DNA of 64,000 bases, taken from NCBI RefSeq assembly GCF_001194135.2, contig NC_069003.1:28357639-28421638 (forward strand), given 5' to 3'. Position 1 is the stretch's first letter, and the number at the start of each line of letters is the position of its first letter. This DNA is from Octopus bimaculoides. Taxonomy: Eukaryota. Positions 52,301 through 64,000 of the stretch are shown piece by piece. A program made the position numbers and the translations under genes. A model generated the notes under the pieces. The model was not told where the DNA came from, did no database searches, and was given only the letters and a program-made list of their open reading frames with translations.

Positions 52301-52649
52301 TTGTGTGTGTGTGATGACATCTATTATTTAACGAGGTTAAATGCATAAAAAACATTTCACAGCAAGTGTCCTCACCATTAAAGTATTACTATAATTGGCT
52401 TCCTTCTGGAACTAATTTATTGTTCAACGCAATCAAAAATTAAACGACACACAACAAAGTTGTTACTCTGCGCAACATATTTTTCGTGTTTAACTCTAAA
52501 AAGTTTGCCCATTTAATTTTTTACATATTTAATGATTTAGGCAAGAGCAGCCTTTGAGCGTGGTAGGAGGAAAGAGAGATAGAAACCACTTAAGTTTTGT
52601 AACTGTAGTAGGAGATATCGTATCAAGAGATTAACTTAACTATCTTTAG

Positions 52650-52975
52650 ATTGGAATTCTTACCTGAATGCCTGCAACAAATCAAACTCCGCTGTAGGTT
52701 CACAAGAGCCAAGTGAATTCTCTACGTGCTGAGTCAGGGAGGAAGAGTAGTGCCAATGTCCCACGCAGGCCATCCAACACCGGTGAGATTGAAGCTGTTA
52801 ATGTTCCGCTTAGCCTGTTGCAAGTCGACATCTTCAACTTTCCAGGAAATAAAGACTCCGGGTGTTATGATTAGTTAGGGGTTGGACACATCATAGATAA
52901 GTAAAAGCGAGAAGAGTAAGTCGAGAGTGATTAAGTAGAGACGACACGAGACAAGCTCATTCCGATAAACACAAA

Positions 52976-53050
<75 letters not shown>

Positions 53051-54240
53051 TGACATCATAATTGTGCGCCAGAGACTGGAAAGTGTACGTTGATGATTTT
53101 ATATCGGTCTGTCGATTGATCATTTTCTTGATGTGTTCTAAGATGTCTGTGTATAGGTTCAAGAACAGCGGGGTGCAGGTGTACCTCTTTAAATGTTGTT
53201 GCGGAGCACTGAAAACGATTTGAACATCTTCCTGAAAATCTTCACCGCCAAAACGACCGAGTGTAGAAACATATTTGGATGGATTTGAAACACCACTTCT
53301 CCATCTTATGATTTATTTAATTTGATTAATGTACAAATATAATAATAATCCTTTCTACTAAAGTCACAAGGCTTGAAAATGTTTTTGGGGTGGGGTAACT
53401 AGTCGATTACCTCAACCCCTAGTATTCAACTGATACTTCTTTCATCGACCCCGAAAAGATGAAATGAAAAGTCGACCTCGGCGGAATTTGAAGTGAGAAG
53501 GTAAAGCCGGACGAAATGCTGTGAGAAATTGAAGCAAACTCTTCTGAAGAACATTCAAGACGCAGACTATGCTCAATTTCCAAAACTTCTTGATATAACA
53601 GTGCTACAGGAGATCATTAATTGTTCGAAGCAAGCACTACACTCACAGAAATGCCAATAACCAAACAAACCTATTTTAGACGAACCCGTCTTATATGCTA
53701 TCGTTCACTGTTCGTGTATTACCGATTTGTGCGCCTGTGTCGAACAGAAACTGTCATGTGAATGAATATCAGCCGAATCTATAGTGGAAATCGAAGCAGC
53801 ATCTTCTTTTAGCGGGGAAGATTAACTAGTTTCTTCCGTCTTGTGGCTATGGTAAAAGATGTGAAGTGGTGGAACTCTGTAAAAAGTTTGAAGACAGGAA
53901 TTTTCTTTTCTGGTCAAGCTTTCGTCAACTTCTTCGGATGTGAGGATAGAAATGGAGGAGCTGTCTTCTAGAGTGTTCAATGACATACTCGTGAGAGTGA
54001 GGAGACTAATGAAATTTAATGGGATTATTCAGGGTATACTTTTGTAAATAGGCGGAAAGAAACTGGGGAGAAAACTTTTGAGGACTTGTATGAAACAGAT
54101 AATCTGTTTACTGAAGTTCTTTGTTGTAGTATTTTTTTTAACATAATTTTACTAGCTGTAAATCTCATCTTCAGCATTTGCATATCAACTTTGTATCGTC
54201 CTTAATGTCTCGGTACCTTCTGGCCAATAAAGGAAATTCT
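52650..54240 (-). mobile_element. Highly decayed LINE RT region, interrupted by SINE B and (GA)n
   Basis: Minus: CTPLFLNLYTDIL (cf. SPLLFNLY), SLAHNYDVT (cf. LAYADDV), LTSEEV upstream; family uncertain (L1/Tx1-like). Confidence 0.35.
53345..53520 (-). mobile_element. SINE family B
   Basis: CATCGACCCCGAAAAGATGAAATGAAAAGTCGACCTCGGCGGAATTTGAA. Confidence 0.85.
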
Positions 54241-55304
54241 TCTCCCTTAGATCTTCAGTTCAAATGCCACAACTGAAAGTCGACATGCCTTTCATTATTT
54301 GGCATCGACTAAACCCCATCCTCTCAAAGCTGCCGGTTTTGTGCTTAAATTAGAACCCATTATCATGGAGTTGTTGATTAACAAGATTGTTAGATCACCA
54401 GAGAAAATGCTTAACGATATTTGTTCCGTTTTTTTACATACTGAGTTAAAATCTCACAGAAGCAACTTTGTCGGCTACTCATCATGAGTCGATAAAATAA
54501 AGTACTATTCAAGTACTGGGTCGATTTAATCGGCGTAAACCAACCCTAAAAACATCAGGTATAGTATCTATATTGTTTCTAAATTAGGCGTAAACTCAGT
54601 ATTTTTGAGAGGATGGCGCTGGTCGATTACAACTCAATACGTAACTGGTCCATTGGTTTATCGAGCCTGAAGGAATAAAAGGCAGAGTTAACCTAGGTAA
54701 GATTTGAATCCAGAACGTTAAGATTCGGAACATGTACAACAAGCCGTTCTGTTTTTTTTCTTTTGCTTTGGATGTTCTACCAATTTACTGCCGTAGGCAA
54801 TGTACTAAAATTAGAGACAGTTAAAGGCTGATAAAATCGCTTGTGTTTTAAAAAAAATGCCAGGAGGCATTTTTGGATGTTTTTTTTTCAAAAAGTCGTG
54901 AAGAATTTTGTCTCGTATTTGTACTATGTTGTAGTTTACGCAAAATTAGCTTCAGTTAGCATGTGCATTTTACTTACTTTTTAAACTAATTTTGCTGTGA
55001 TTTGATGGAAGATAAACTCAGTGTGTAATCTATTTCAATGAAAATATTCTATATATCGAATTTAGCATTAAAAGAAAAGACTATATTACAATTATTTTTT
55101 AAGTAACATATTTAATGTAAGACAAATATTTATTCTTATATTTTCAAACGAAAATGAAATGTTGACTATATTGTTGATGAAAGTTATAGAAGATTGAGAT
55201 GTTAGGATGATGTGTTACAATGAATGGTTTGATGAGTTCGTTGATAAAGTTTAGCTGCCATAAAGTGCGGAGAATCTGATGTTTTGTGTCTCACCTTTCA
55301 GCAA

Positions 55305-55500
55305 AGACATTCTATACGCCCCTAATCTTTTTTCATCTCAAATGTAATCTCTACTAAACTGTAACTGCCTCTACACCTTCCGGTCATCCGACCACTGCCT
55401 TATCGCTTCTATCTAGCACACAATCGCATACTACACAAAACATTTCCCCCTTGTATCTTACGGAACTCTAAGTCAAGCGACTGGCTGGAGCTCCGCCAGT
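55305..55500 (+). mobile_element. CR1/L2-group endonuclease C-terminal remnant
   Basis: RSSDHCLI (SDH motif) followed by NSKSSDWLELR (cf. YxxADWxxLR). Confidence 0.5.
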
Positions 55501-55909
55501 TTGAAGTCAATTATCATAAGCATCTCACACGCTTCACTCTTGATTCATCTGAAACAGCGAGGCTGGGCGCTGAAACTATGCTCTTTCTACATCCCCCACA
55601 CAACAAAACCTCATTCTCACATGTACCAGAAGTGCTTTACTCACAGCTGTGTCTGCAGCTATCCAGGCAAAGAGCAAAACGCATAACGCTTGTAGAAATT
55701 CTTTAGAAGTCGGATTTCGGGGATAGCTTTAAGGTAGGCATGGACAACACTTTTTTTGAGTAGCAGACCGCATGAGACATGGCTCATCAGCAGGCGGATC
55801 GCACTACTAAAATAAATTAAAGGTTGTTTTTTTCTTCTTTTGTTAAGTTTTATATTAAAAAAGTTTTCCAAGCTGCAGGTTGCCTATGACTGCTTTAAGG
55901 AAAGGTTGG

Positions 55910-56180
55910 CACCTTGGTCAGAAATGCCTGGGAATTCCTTGACGTTGTTCGTATTTAATTTGTTGACGAGGGAATTTCATTTCACTTTGTTTGAATATTT
56001 GTTTTTGCCAATATCGCAGATACAGTGTTCTATTATTTCTTTTAGCGCTTCCCCAGTTCTTCAGACATCATTCCATCCTATATTGTGTCAGGCTATATTT
56101 TCGGCCATTAGAATTGTGAAATAGGATTCTTCTGTTAGTGTACGTACATTCCAAATGAATAAGGTATTTCTAGGTTTCTT
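55910..56180 (-). mobile_element. RTE-clade LINE endonuclease N-terminal remnant
   Basis: Minus: FIWNVRTL, NIGWNDV*RTGE, SLVNK...KEFPGISD. Confidence 0.7.
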
Positions 56181-57516
56181 TTGTTTCTTCATTGAGGTTT
56201 TGATGATAAGTAATCATTATAGCATGGCCCCTTCGACCCTGGGGTCTGTTGTTGAACCTTGGTTTATTTCAGCTGAATCAACAATAACTGACTTCAAAGT
56301 TGTTGGTTTAGGAGAATTTTTAACTTGCAGCTCGAAGTGAGCACACGCATGTACTCATACTGATACGCGCGCATGCACACACACACAACCACACACAAAC
56401 ACACACAACCACTCACACGACTGTTTTTCTAGTTGTTATAGTCTATTAAATTCCACTCAAAAAGCATTAGAAATCCGAGACAAAAGTTGGAGAAACATGC
56501 TCTAAGTGCCAATCAGAGAGACCGAACTTGGGACTAGTGTTTGTGAAGCGGTCTTATTAACCACATGGTTATATCTGTCTATGTATATAATGTTGTGATG
56601 TCACAACTTACAAAAATCTATTATAATATGTAACTTAATGAATATATATCATACAGAATATTAAGTAAAATAATGGAGAATAACTTTAAAGAAAAAAGCC
56701 ATAATTTTAAATGTGATATTTAATAGCTTCTGTTTCTTAATATTTGCATGAAACATAGGCCTTGAAAAGTGTCGGAATCTGATTCCTCGTACAGTACCAT
56801 TTATTTCATTCTTCTGTTGGAATTTAACCCATTTTTTTTTCAAGAAAGAAAACTTGTAATTGCTGTATCAGCATGTCTGATCTTTTGGAGGAGAAAGAAT
56901 AAGAATTATTCATGATACTAAGATATGTATGTGCTAACGTAAATTAACTGGTGACATGGCAGTAGAAGATATGGTATGTTCATTCTATAATCTTGCGTGG
57001 TAGTAGAAGAAATATTGTTCTCTCAGAATTCCTGTACTGTTTTTATAAAACAGACTTAAAAGGTATTTGGAAATATCTCTACTTGGCGCTCTAATCACTT
57101 CAAATTCTATAATGCTGAACAAGTTAAAACTTACAATGATAAATAGCAATACGGATATAGGTTTAACTTATTTGTGCGATTAGTCAAAAAAAGGATCATT
57201 GTCTGCGAACTTGGTATTTTACACTCCCAGACTTGTGAGGTTTATACGTAATCTAAGCATCTGCAGGTCAAGGTCTACTGATAAAAATGCGAGCAGGGTG
57301 GGGGAAAAAGTGTGAGTTTGGGGGTGAATATTTGCGAAAAAAAAGTAGACTCCACCCGAAGTACCCAAGGACCAGGTGGAGGCGTTACATCGGGCTGCGT
57401 ATACAATCAAGTCTTCTATTTCCTGTATTGACTACGATAAGAACGTCAGATGTCATTACTCTTAGTTTGGAAATAAAGATCACTAGTTCAAACCCAGATT
57501 ATTTACAATTCAGGAA

Positions 57517-57955
57517 TAAGGCACTTAAGGTGGCTTCCGAACCATTTGGTTCCAGGTTCGGTCTGCATCGCACTTCGGGAATATGTCTTCTACTGTAGAC
57601 GCGAGCCGACCAAAGCCTTGTGAGTTGATTTGGTAGACAGAAACTGAAGGAAACCCATCGTATATATATATATATATATATNNNNNNNNNNNNNNNNNNN
57701 NNNNNNNNNNNNNNNNNNNNNNNNNNNNNNNNNNNNNNNNNNNNNNNNNNNNNNNNNNNNNNNNNNNNNNNNNNNNNNNNNNNNNNNNNNNCTATCGCCT
57801 GACAACCGTTCGGCAAAAGAGAACGATAGAAGAAGTATCAGGCTTAGAAATAAAAAAAAAGGACTGGGGGCGATTCATTCGACTAAAAATTGTTCAAGAC
57901 AGGGCCCCAGGATGGCCGCAGTATAATAACTGAAAGAAATAAAAGATAAAAGATG
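57517..57955 (+). mobile_element. SINE family A spanning a gap in its internal microsatellite
   Basis: Head, CCGACCAAAGCCTTGTGAG, 3' half and AAAGAT tail. Confidence 0.8.
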
Positions 57956-58077
57956 ATGTACTCTAAAGGTGCGGGGAATAATATTGAAAATTATAAGCTT
58001 ACAAAGCAGACATCATCTCCTGATATTTTAAAAATTGGTACATTGCTTGAGGACATTTGAATTGAATTCACGATGCA

Positions 58078-58189
58078 TAAAGTAAAATAAAGTGTCTTGC
58101 TCAAGAACACAACACGCAGCCCGGTCCGGGATTCGAACTCACAACCTCGCGATCGTAAGCTCGACGCTCTACCCACTGAGCCATGCACG
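58078..58189 (-). mobile_element. SINE family C head
   Basis: Minus GTGCATGGCTCAGTGGGTAGAGCG A-box, GAGTTCGAATCCC B-box, GTGTTCTTGAGCAAGACACTTT. Confidence 0.88.
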
Positions 58190-58320
58190 TGTCTCCTTTG
58201 TGGCATTTGAGTTTTATAATTATATGTACCCAGCAGTTTCTACTAAAGAGCCATAGATGATTGATTCATTGATTAATTAATTAATTTATTTATTTATTTA
58301 TTTAATCATTATATATATAT

Positions 58321-58664
58321 TCTTTAGTCGAACAAATCGACCCCAGGACATATTCTTTGTAAGCTTAGTACTTATTCTAACGGTCTCTTTTGCCGAACTA
58401 CTAAGTTACACACCAACATCGGTTGTCAAGCGATGGTGGGAGGATAGACACAGAAACACACACACACACACACGCACACACACACACACACACACATATA
58501 TATACGATGGACTTCTTTCAGCTTTCGTCGACCAAATCCACTCACAAGGCTTTGGTCGGCCCGAGGCTATACTAAGAGACACTTGCCCAAGATGCCACGC
58601 AGTGGGACTGTACCCGGAAACCCGTGGTTGGTCGGCAAGCTACTTACCACACAGCCACTCCTAC
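58321..58664 (-). mobile_element. SINE family A
   Basis: Reverse-complement copy with internal (CA)n. Confidence 0.88.
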
Positions 58665-58718
58665 TATATATATATATACANNNNNNNNNNNNNNNNNNNN
58701 NNNNNNNNNNNNNNNNNN

Positions 58719-58751
<33 letters not shown>

Positions 58752-59145
58752 AACAAGTGACAATTCTGTAAATAATAATAATTATTATAAGCTTAAAGCT
58801 TATAATTATTATCATGTGAATATATGCATGATGATAATGCGCAGTATATTCATTAAATGACACTAGTCAACCACTTTCTTCAAGAATTATATTCTATACT
58901 TTTGTCACATTCTTTCTCACGATAGATTTCACATTATCGTCTGTCTTCCTCTGGTTCAAATCTGCAACATATCTTATCCCTCATCCTGTTGACGATTTCT
59001 GATATGACAGCTAAGTAAGCGTGGAATAGTAATAAAAGATAAAAATAAACTTGAAGAAGAACAAATATGAGTTAATAAAACAATAAAGCGGCTTGATTAC
59101 TAATATTAATGTTTTTTTTTTTTTTGCCGGCAAGAGCGACAGACA

Positions 59146-59189
59146 ACTTCGGCCATGTTTCTGCTTCAGTGAGCTTCATCAGCGGAAGT
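59146..59189 (-). ncRNA. Minimal type I hammerhead with one core substitution
   Basis: Minus: ACTTC(C)G-CTGATGA-A-GCT-cactga-AGC-A-GAAAC-AT-GGC^CGAAGT; U16.1 replaced by G. Confidence 0.65.
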
Positions 59190-59649
59190 ACAACCTCTCT
59201 GTAAAATGCTGAAGTGCTAGAAAGCGAATCACTAAGTAGATTTACAGAAATGTATTCTGGGGGATGGTTTGAAAAAGAGAATTGTTTCATGATTATTAAT
59301 TCTATGATGCTATTTCCTTATGTCATTTTATTTTAAGCTACAATGAAAGCCGATCAGTCTCTCTATTTCTCTTTCTCTTCTTATCTGTCTCTTTCGCTCA
59401 CGTTGTAGATAGCCCTTTTTGCTTTTGCTATCTCCTTTTCGCATTTCCTCTTCTGTCTTCTTATGGTGACTACCAGATATATCCCCAGTCTCTCTCTTAC
59501 ACACACATATGTTTACACGCAAACATATACATACATAGGTACAGACACTCATAAACCTACATATACACAGGCATACACAGGCCTAGAAAAACACATTTGT
59601 GACAGTCTTTTTTTATGATAACCATCTTGGGTCCAGCGAAGTGCAACGT

Positions 59650-60190
59650 TCACAACTGATTCAGGAAATATTGTTGCATTCTTAGACGTTGGGATTGTAA
59701 ATTCGAATCAATGCTGCAGAGCTGGAGAAGGCGAAGAAATTGAGAGAATGATATGGCAAATTTAGTGCGTGTGAGAAGAGTATTAGAGACAAGAATGGAA
59801 GTTCGTACGCTTGTAGTGGATGAAGGTGGACAGGACAGGATGGTGGTAAATTTCATGTCTGGGCGAAAGGTGTCATCGAAAGATAAAACTACTGAGCTGA
59901 TGTGTGGTGAAGGTGGTAGAACTGACGGGGTATTCAATATAAATAACCTTACAGATCTTGGATGCGACCAGTGAATTGGGCAAAGATTTGCTCTTTAACG
60001 TGGCAGACAGAGGTTTGCATAATTGGAGCCCATCCTAATTCCCATAGCGACCCTGCTGAGTTGTTTGCAAAATTCCCCAGAGAAAGGAAAGAAATTAAGA
60101 TTTGAGACGAGCTCGGCTAAGCGGAGGAATGTTGCAGAGCGAGGTACAGATAGGGGCGACAGTCTAGGAAGTACTTAAAAGTTGTTAGAG
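59650..60190 (-). mobile_element. Penelope-like element RT remnant
   Basis: Minus: LAELVSNLNFFPFSGEFCKQLSRVAMGIRMGSNYANL, DMKFT, FSQFLRLLQLCS. Confidence 0.85.
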
Positions 60191-60509
60191 CGTGATGTAT
60201 GCATATATGTATGCATGTCTGTATGTATGCACGTATGTATGTATGCACGTATGTATACACACGCACGCATACACACGCACACACACACACGCATACACAC
60301 ACACACATAAAATTAAGCTAAATGAAACAAGTCAAGTGAGTCAATGGCATGAATTAAAAGAAATCAGGAAGGGGTCGTTATATACAGATGACATACGCAA
60401 AAATCCAAATGAAACAGAAGTTTTGCCACTTAGCTGGAGAAAGAAAGTCAAAATCCAGTGGCAATTGTTTGCTACTTTCAAAGAAAGGGGAAATTATTTC
60501 AGGAATGTG

Positions 60510-60742
60510 TGGTGAGAATCTTGATTCCCAAGTATATGGTTCCGGGTTCAATGCTGCTGTGATACCTTGGGCAAGAGTCATCCGCTATTGCTTCGGGGCG
60601 ACCAAAGCCTTGTGAGTGGATCTGGTAGACGGAAACTGACAGAAGCCTGTCGTATAGATGTATACATCCGACTAAAAGTTCTTCAAGGCGGTGACCCAGC
60701 ATGGCCACAGCCTAATCATTGAAGCAAGTAAAAGATAAAAGA
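60510..60742 (+). mobile_element. SINE family A, internally deleted
   Basis: 5' half joined directly to CGACTAAAAGTTCTTCAAGGCGGTG 3' end. Confidence 0.8.
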
Positions 60743-60832
60743 TTAATCTAAGGAGAACTGAGTTAGCCTGGTGTGCCAACAGAGAGCTTATGAAGTATTT
60801 TGCCCGGCTTGATAAACCCCCTGTCTGTCTGC

Positions 60833-60873
<41 letters not shown>

Positions 60874-60894
60874 ACACACACACACACATCTATA

Positions 60895-61103
60895 CGAGGT
60901 CTGATCAATAAATATCCGGACTGTTGCTATAGTAACGACGCTAAAGCACGCAGTGTGAAGATGCTTGGCACACATTGTCCTTGACCTCTGCTGTGCATGC
61001 GCAATAAGCATTAACGTTCGAGCTCACTTCTGCTGTATATGGCAGTGCTTAGAAGGAACGTGCGTAGCGTGTGATCGCTGCATTGACCATGACAGAGAAA
61101 GTT
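60895..61103 (+). mobile_element. mariner left end with TIR and transposase start
   Basis: TA followed by CGAGGTCTGATCAATAAATATCCGG; ATGACAGAGAAAGTT start at 61089. Confidence 0.7.
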
Positions 61104-61534
61104 GTCATGGCGATACCTGTTCNNNNNNNNNNNNNNNNNNNNNNNNNNNNNNNNNNNNNNNNNNNNNNNNNNNNNNNNNNNNNNNNNNNNNNNNNNNNNN
61201 NNNNNNNNNNNNNNNNNNNNNNNNNNNNNNNNNNNNNNNNNNNNNNNNNNNNNNNNNNNNNNNNNNNNNNNNNNNNNNNNNNNNNNNNNNNNNNNNNNNN
61301 NNNNNNNNNNNNNNNNNNNNNNNNNNNNNNNNNNNNNNNNNNNNNNNNNNNNNNNNNNAATAGCAGAAAATTGAAAATTGGTTTGAATTTCTGGTAAACT
61401 GTAAACAATTAAAAAAGCGTCAGTCACCAAACATATAAATATCTACGAAAGAAATACTTCAGCAGTTGCAGACAATGATATGGATATCGACAACACCGCC
61501 TACGTAACTAAATTTTAAAAATACACCACTCTTA

Positions 61535-61720
61535 ACTTTCTTTTAATCTTTTACTTGTTTCAGTCATTTGACTGCAATCATGCTGGAGCACCGCCTTGGG
61601 GTTTTTTATAGTCTAACAAATCGACACTAGGGTTTAATTTTTAAGCCTAGTACTTATTCTATAGGTCTCTTGCCGAATCGCTAAGTTACGAGGGACGTAA
61701 ACACATCAAGCGGTGGATTG
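61535..61720 (-). mobile_element. SINE family A 3' half
   Basis: CTTTTACTTGTTTCAGTCATTTGACTGC..ATGCTGGAGCACCGCC. Confidence 0.85.
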
Positions 61721-61749
61721 AAGAAGTACAACTACAAAGGCATGCACAC

Positions 61750-62115
61750 ACGAGAAAAGCGACTCCAAGAACTTTAAAACACTTTAATATATAGAAAATA
61801 CCGGGCCAGTCTAATAAAAAACAGAATAGAACGTGCAAAAATGACAGACATCCAAGAGTTACAGAAAACAAGAAAACACCATGACACACTTAAAACTTTA
61901 TCTTACGTATCTACACAGAATCCGAGGAACATAGAATCCGGGACGTCTCAACTAGGAAAATTCTCGTAAGCAAACACTTAGACCTATGTCTCTCAAACAT
62001 AAATCCGAAATACCAAATGTTCCCTCTCTATTAATATACCGGAAACACTTCAACCCAATTCGATTTGAATAAGGAAAGCATGCTCATTAAATAATATAAA
62101 CCACAGCTGAATATC
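61750..62115 (+). mobile_element. Penelope-like element remnant (RT C-terminus/linker joined to GIY-YIG C-terminus)
   Basis: YRKYRASLIKNRIERAK..LSYVSTQNPRN, then KESMLIK*YKPQLN. Confidence 0.65.
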
Positions 62116-62526
62116 CTTTAGAAATGCTAAAGAGAAAAAAGGTAAAAGACCCAATTTCTCCACAAGAAGAAACCAGCCAGTGACAACAGACATAATTCAA
62201 AAAACCTTGGTAACAGTCTTTCTCCACAAAAACAACCAGATGCAAGGGACATAATTCAAAAAAACACTTTAGTATAGAAAAATTCAAAGGCTTCTCATAC
62301 GACACGGACCCACATCTGTAGGTATGACAGCTATATAAATGGGAACGTGCGTGCTTGAGTGTGTGCGCGCGAGTATGTGAGTGTATGCAATATAAATTTC
62401 TTGGAGCTTCGCAGCTCGTTCACACGAACTAAGAAAATAAGCAAAAAAAACAAAAAACAAAACAAAAACCCCGCCAAAGAGCAAAACAAAAACAAAAAAC
62501 AACCCCGAAAAATCATAAGTTAGACA

Positions 62527-62560
62527 CACACTCTGAAGAAGCTGAAAGGCGAACGTCCGA
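62527..62560 (+). ncRNA. Degenerate minimal hammerhead
   Basis: CTGAAGA-A-GCT-gaaa-GGC-GAA-CGTC; one A missing from GAAAC and stem I lost. Confidence 0.45.
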
Positions 62561-62829
62561 TATATGCATTAGTTTGTTGAAACAAATAACATTATTATAT
62601 GTTTCGTAATATGATCTGTTTCGACATCAAGCTGAAGCAATTTGAAATAACAATATAGTTAATGTATTTAAAAAAAAGATATTGATATCACGACTTTCAG
62701 TTTCACCTTAAAAACAGGGTCATTGTTTGCCTTTTCAAAGTAAACCAATATTATCAGTATTGCAGTGATGATGACGTAATATCTACTGCCGATGACTTGT
62801 GTGACCAACAAGAGAAAGCTTCTTAGCCA

Positions 62830-62963
62830 ATGGAATACAGCATGGATAGAAGAAGTGTGTAGACCTCAAGGGGTGTTATGTTGGAAAATAAACCTCATTT
62901 GGTCACATTCCATGAGAGTATCTTGGTTAGTCTATCAACTCTTCAGCCGATCCCCCCTATGTA
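62830..62963 (+). mobile_element. mariner 3' end with right TIR
   Basis: GIQHG*KKCVDLKGCYVGK*, then CTATCAACTCTTCAGCCGATCCCCCCTATGTA. Confidence 0.7.
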
Positions 62964-63499
62964 AAGAATGGAAATAGAATCAATCTACCCTCTAAAGTAG
63001 TCATCAATGTGAATTAATTACGTTGGTCAGGCAAGAATGTCTCCCCTGATTACAATTTGCTCAACTTTGTGATCAATAATCCAGATTAACCATATACTTT
63101 TGATACTATTATCCCGTTGCCTTTTGCGATAATCTGCTCCTAAAGTCGGTGTTTACTAGTAGCTAGGTAAAATAGTCAAGTAATAAGTATTTTATTTTAT
63201 TATTGGTATCATTACATTGTATGACATCATAACTATAATCAGCGCGTCATTCTGTGGCCCACTACAAGCCCTTCATTATCAGAGGAAGGATGAAGGAAGA
63301 AAACGTGATTATTGTAGATAGCAGCACGTCAAAAAATTAAAATATTCTTAGACCGGTTTCAAATTCTTGCCAAAGAGAGGATTTTGCTGGAAACAGTGAT
63401 AGGCCAGGAAACGGTGCTAAGCCGGGTGACAGCTGAAGCCTGTCAGCACCCAATTACAATTATGGTCCATCCAATGAACTTTCCCATAGCTTCCGTCTC

Positions 63500-64000
63500 C
63501 TAGTTGTATTCGGAAAGGTTAGGTTGATTCGAGGTTACTGGAGAAGACACATCCATAAGGTGCCTCATCTTGGAATCGAACCCTGATAACATAACGGCAA
63601 AGCAAAATTCTTAATAACAAAGCCATATTTAGATGATGCTTATGTGAGACGAACGGACAAGAAATAGCAGTCAAATATCCCTGAAATCGCACACTGCTGT
63701 CTTAAATAATAATAAAGAGAAACATTTGTTTATGTAGTTCTATATATATTTCACAGTCGAAAAGGGTTCGGCAAGAATGCCCTAATGGTCTACTCGATCA
63801 TGACTGCCCGACAACAACATCTACAAGAACGTTTCATAAAATGAACCAATGAAGGCGCTTCTAGGGGATCGATCTGATTAAATAGCAGTAAAATTTCTGT
63901 CAAATCGTCTTTAAATAAAGAACAGCCAGATAAGATATAATCTGAGACTATTTTCGGAAAGATGAAATAGTCACAGCTCGGATATCTTATATTATAAACT
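63500..64000. mobile_element. Degenerate SINE A (minus) followed by family E fragments
   Basis: GAAGACACATCCATAAGGTGCC..GAATCGAACCC; AAATAGCAGTCAAAT and AAATAGCAGTAAAAT. Confidence 0.5.

Noticed and set aside
53915-53945. Minus CCGAAGA-AGTTGAC-GAAAGCTT
   Set aside because: Stem II only 2 bp, no stem I, lies within a LINE remnant; probably chance
58100-58189. tRNA-like sequences with A and B boxes
   Set aside because: They are SINE heads that run into SINE body sequence and lack a 3' acceptor stem; no tRNA gene called
5555-61430. Long ORFs containing X runs or YI/CV/HT dipeptide repeats
   Set aside because: They span N-gaps or microsatellites that lack stop codons; not genes
1-64000. CRISPR arrays, operons, rRNA
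   Set aside because: Eukaryotic repeat-rich DNA; no regularly spaced repeat-spacer structure or rRNA similarity seen

Overview
Eukaryotic, AT-rich, non-genic-looking DNA saturated with microsatellites, with 13 N-gaps, most of them at or next to microsatellites. Repeat content and style fit a coleoid cephalopod (octopus-like); this is recognition from memory, not a database result. No host protein-coding gene could be confidently identified, only weak candidate exons. The window is a mosaic of three to four tRNA-headed SINE families, decayed LINEs (RTE, CR1/L2-group, L1/Tx1-like, R4/Dong-like), two Penelope-like (PLE) remnants, Tc1/mariner and DD37D/maT transposase fragments, a hAT MITE with its TSD and a Ginger/Gin-type integrase remnant. 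The most notable signal is about 10 minimal type I hammerhead-ribozyme (HHR) motifs with unrelated helix sequences. One has a fully canonical core (45022-45084, minus) and five share a CCGANGA core (C instead of U at position 4). Two lie about 0.45 kb downstream of PLE coding remnants on the same strand, and two loci have a fold-back over the catalytic strand. Family letters A/B/C/D/E are my own working labels.
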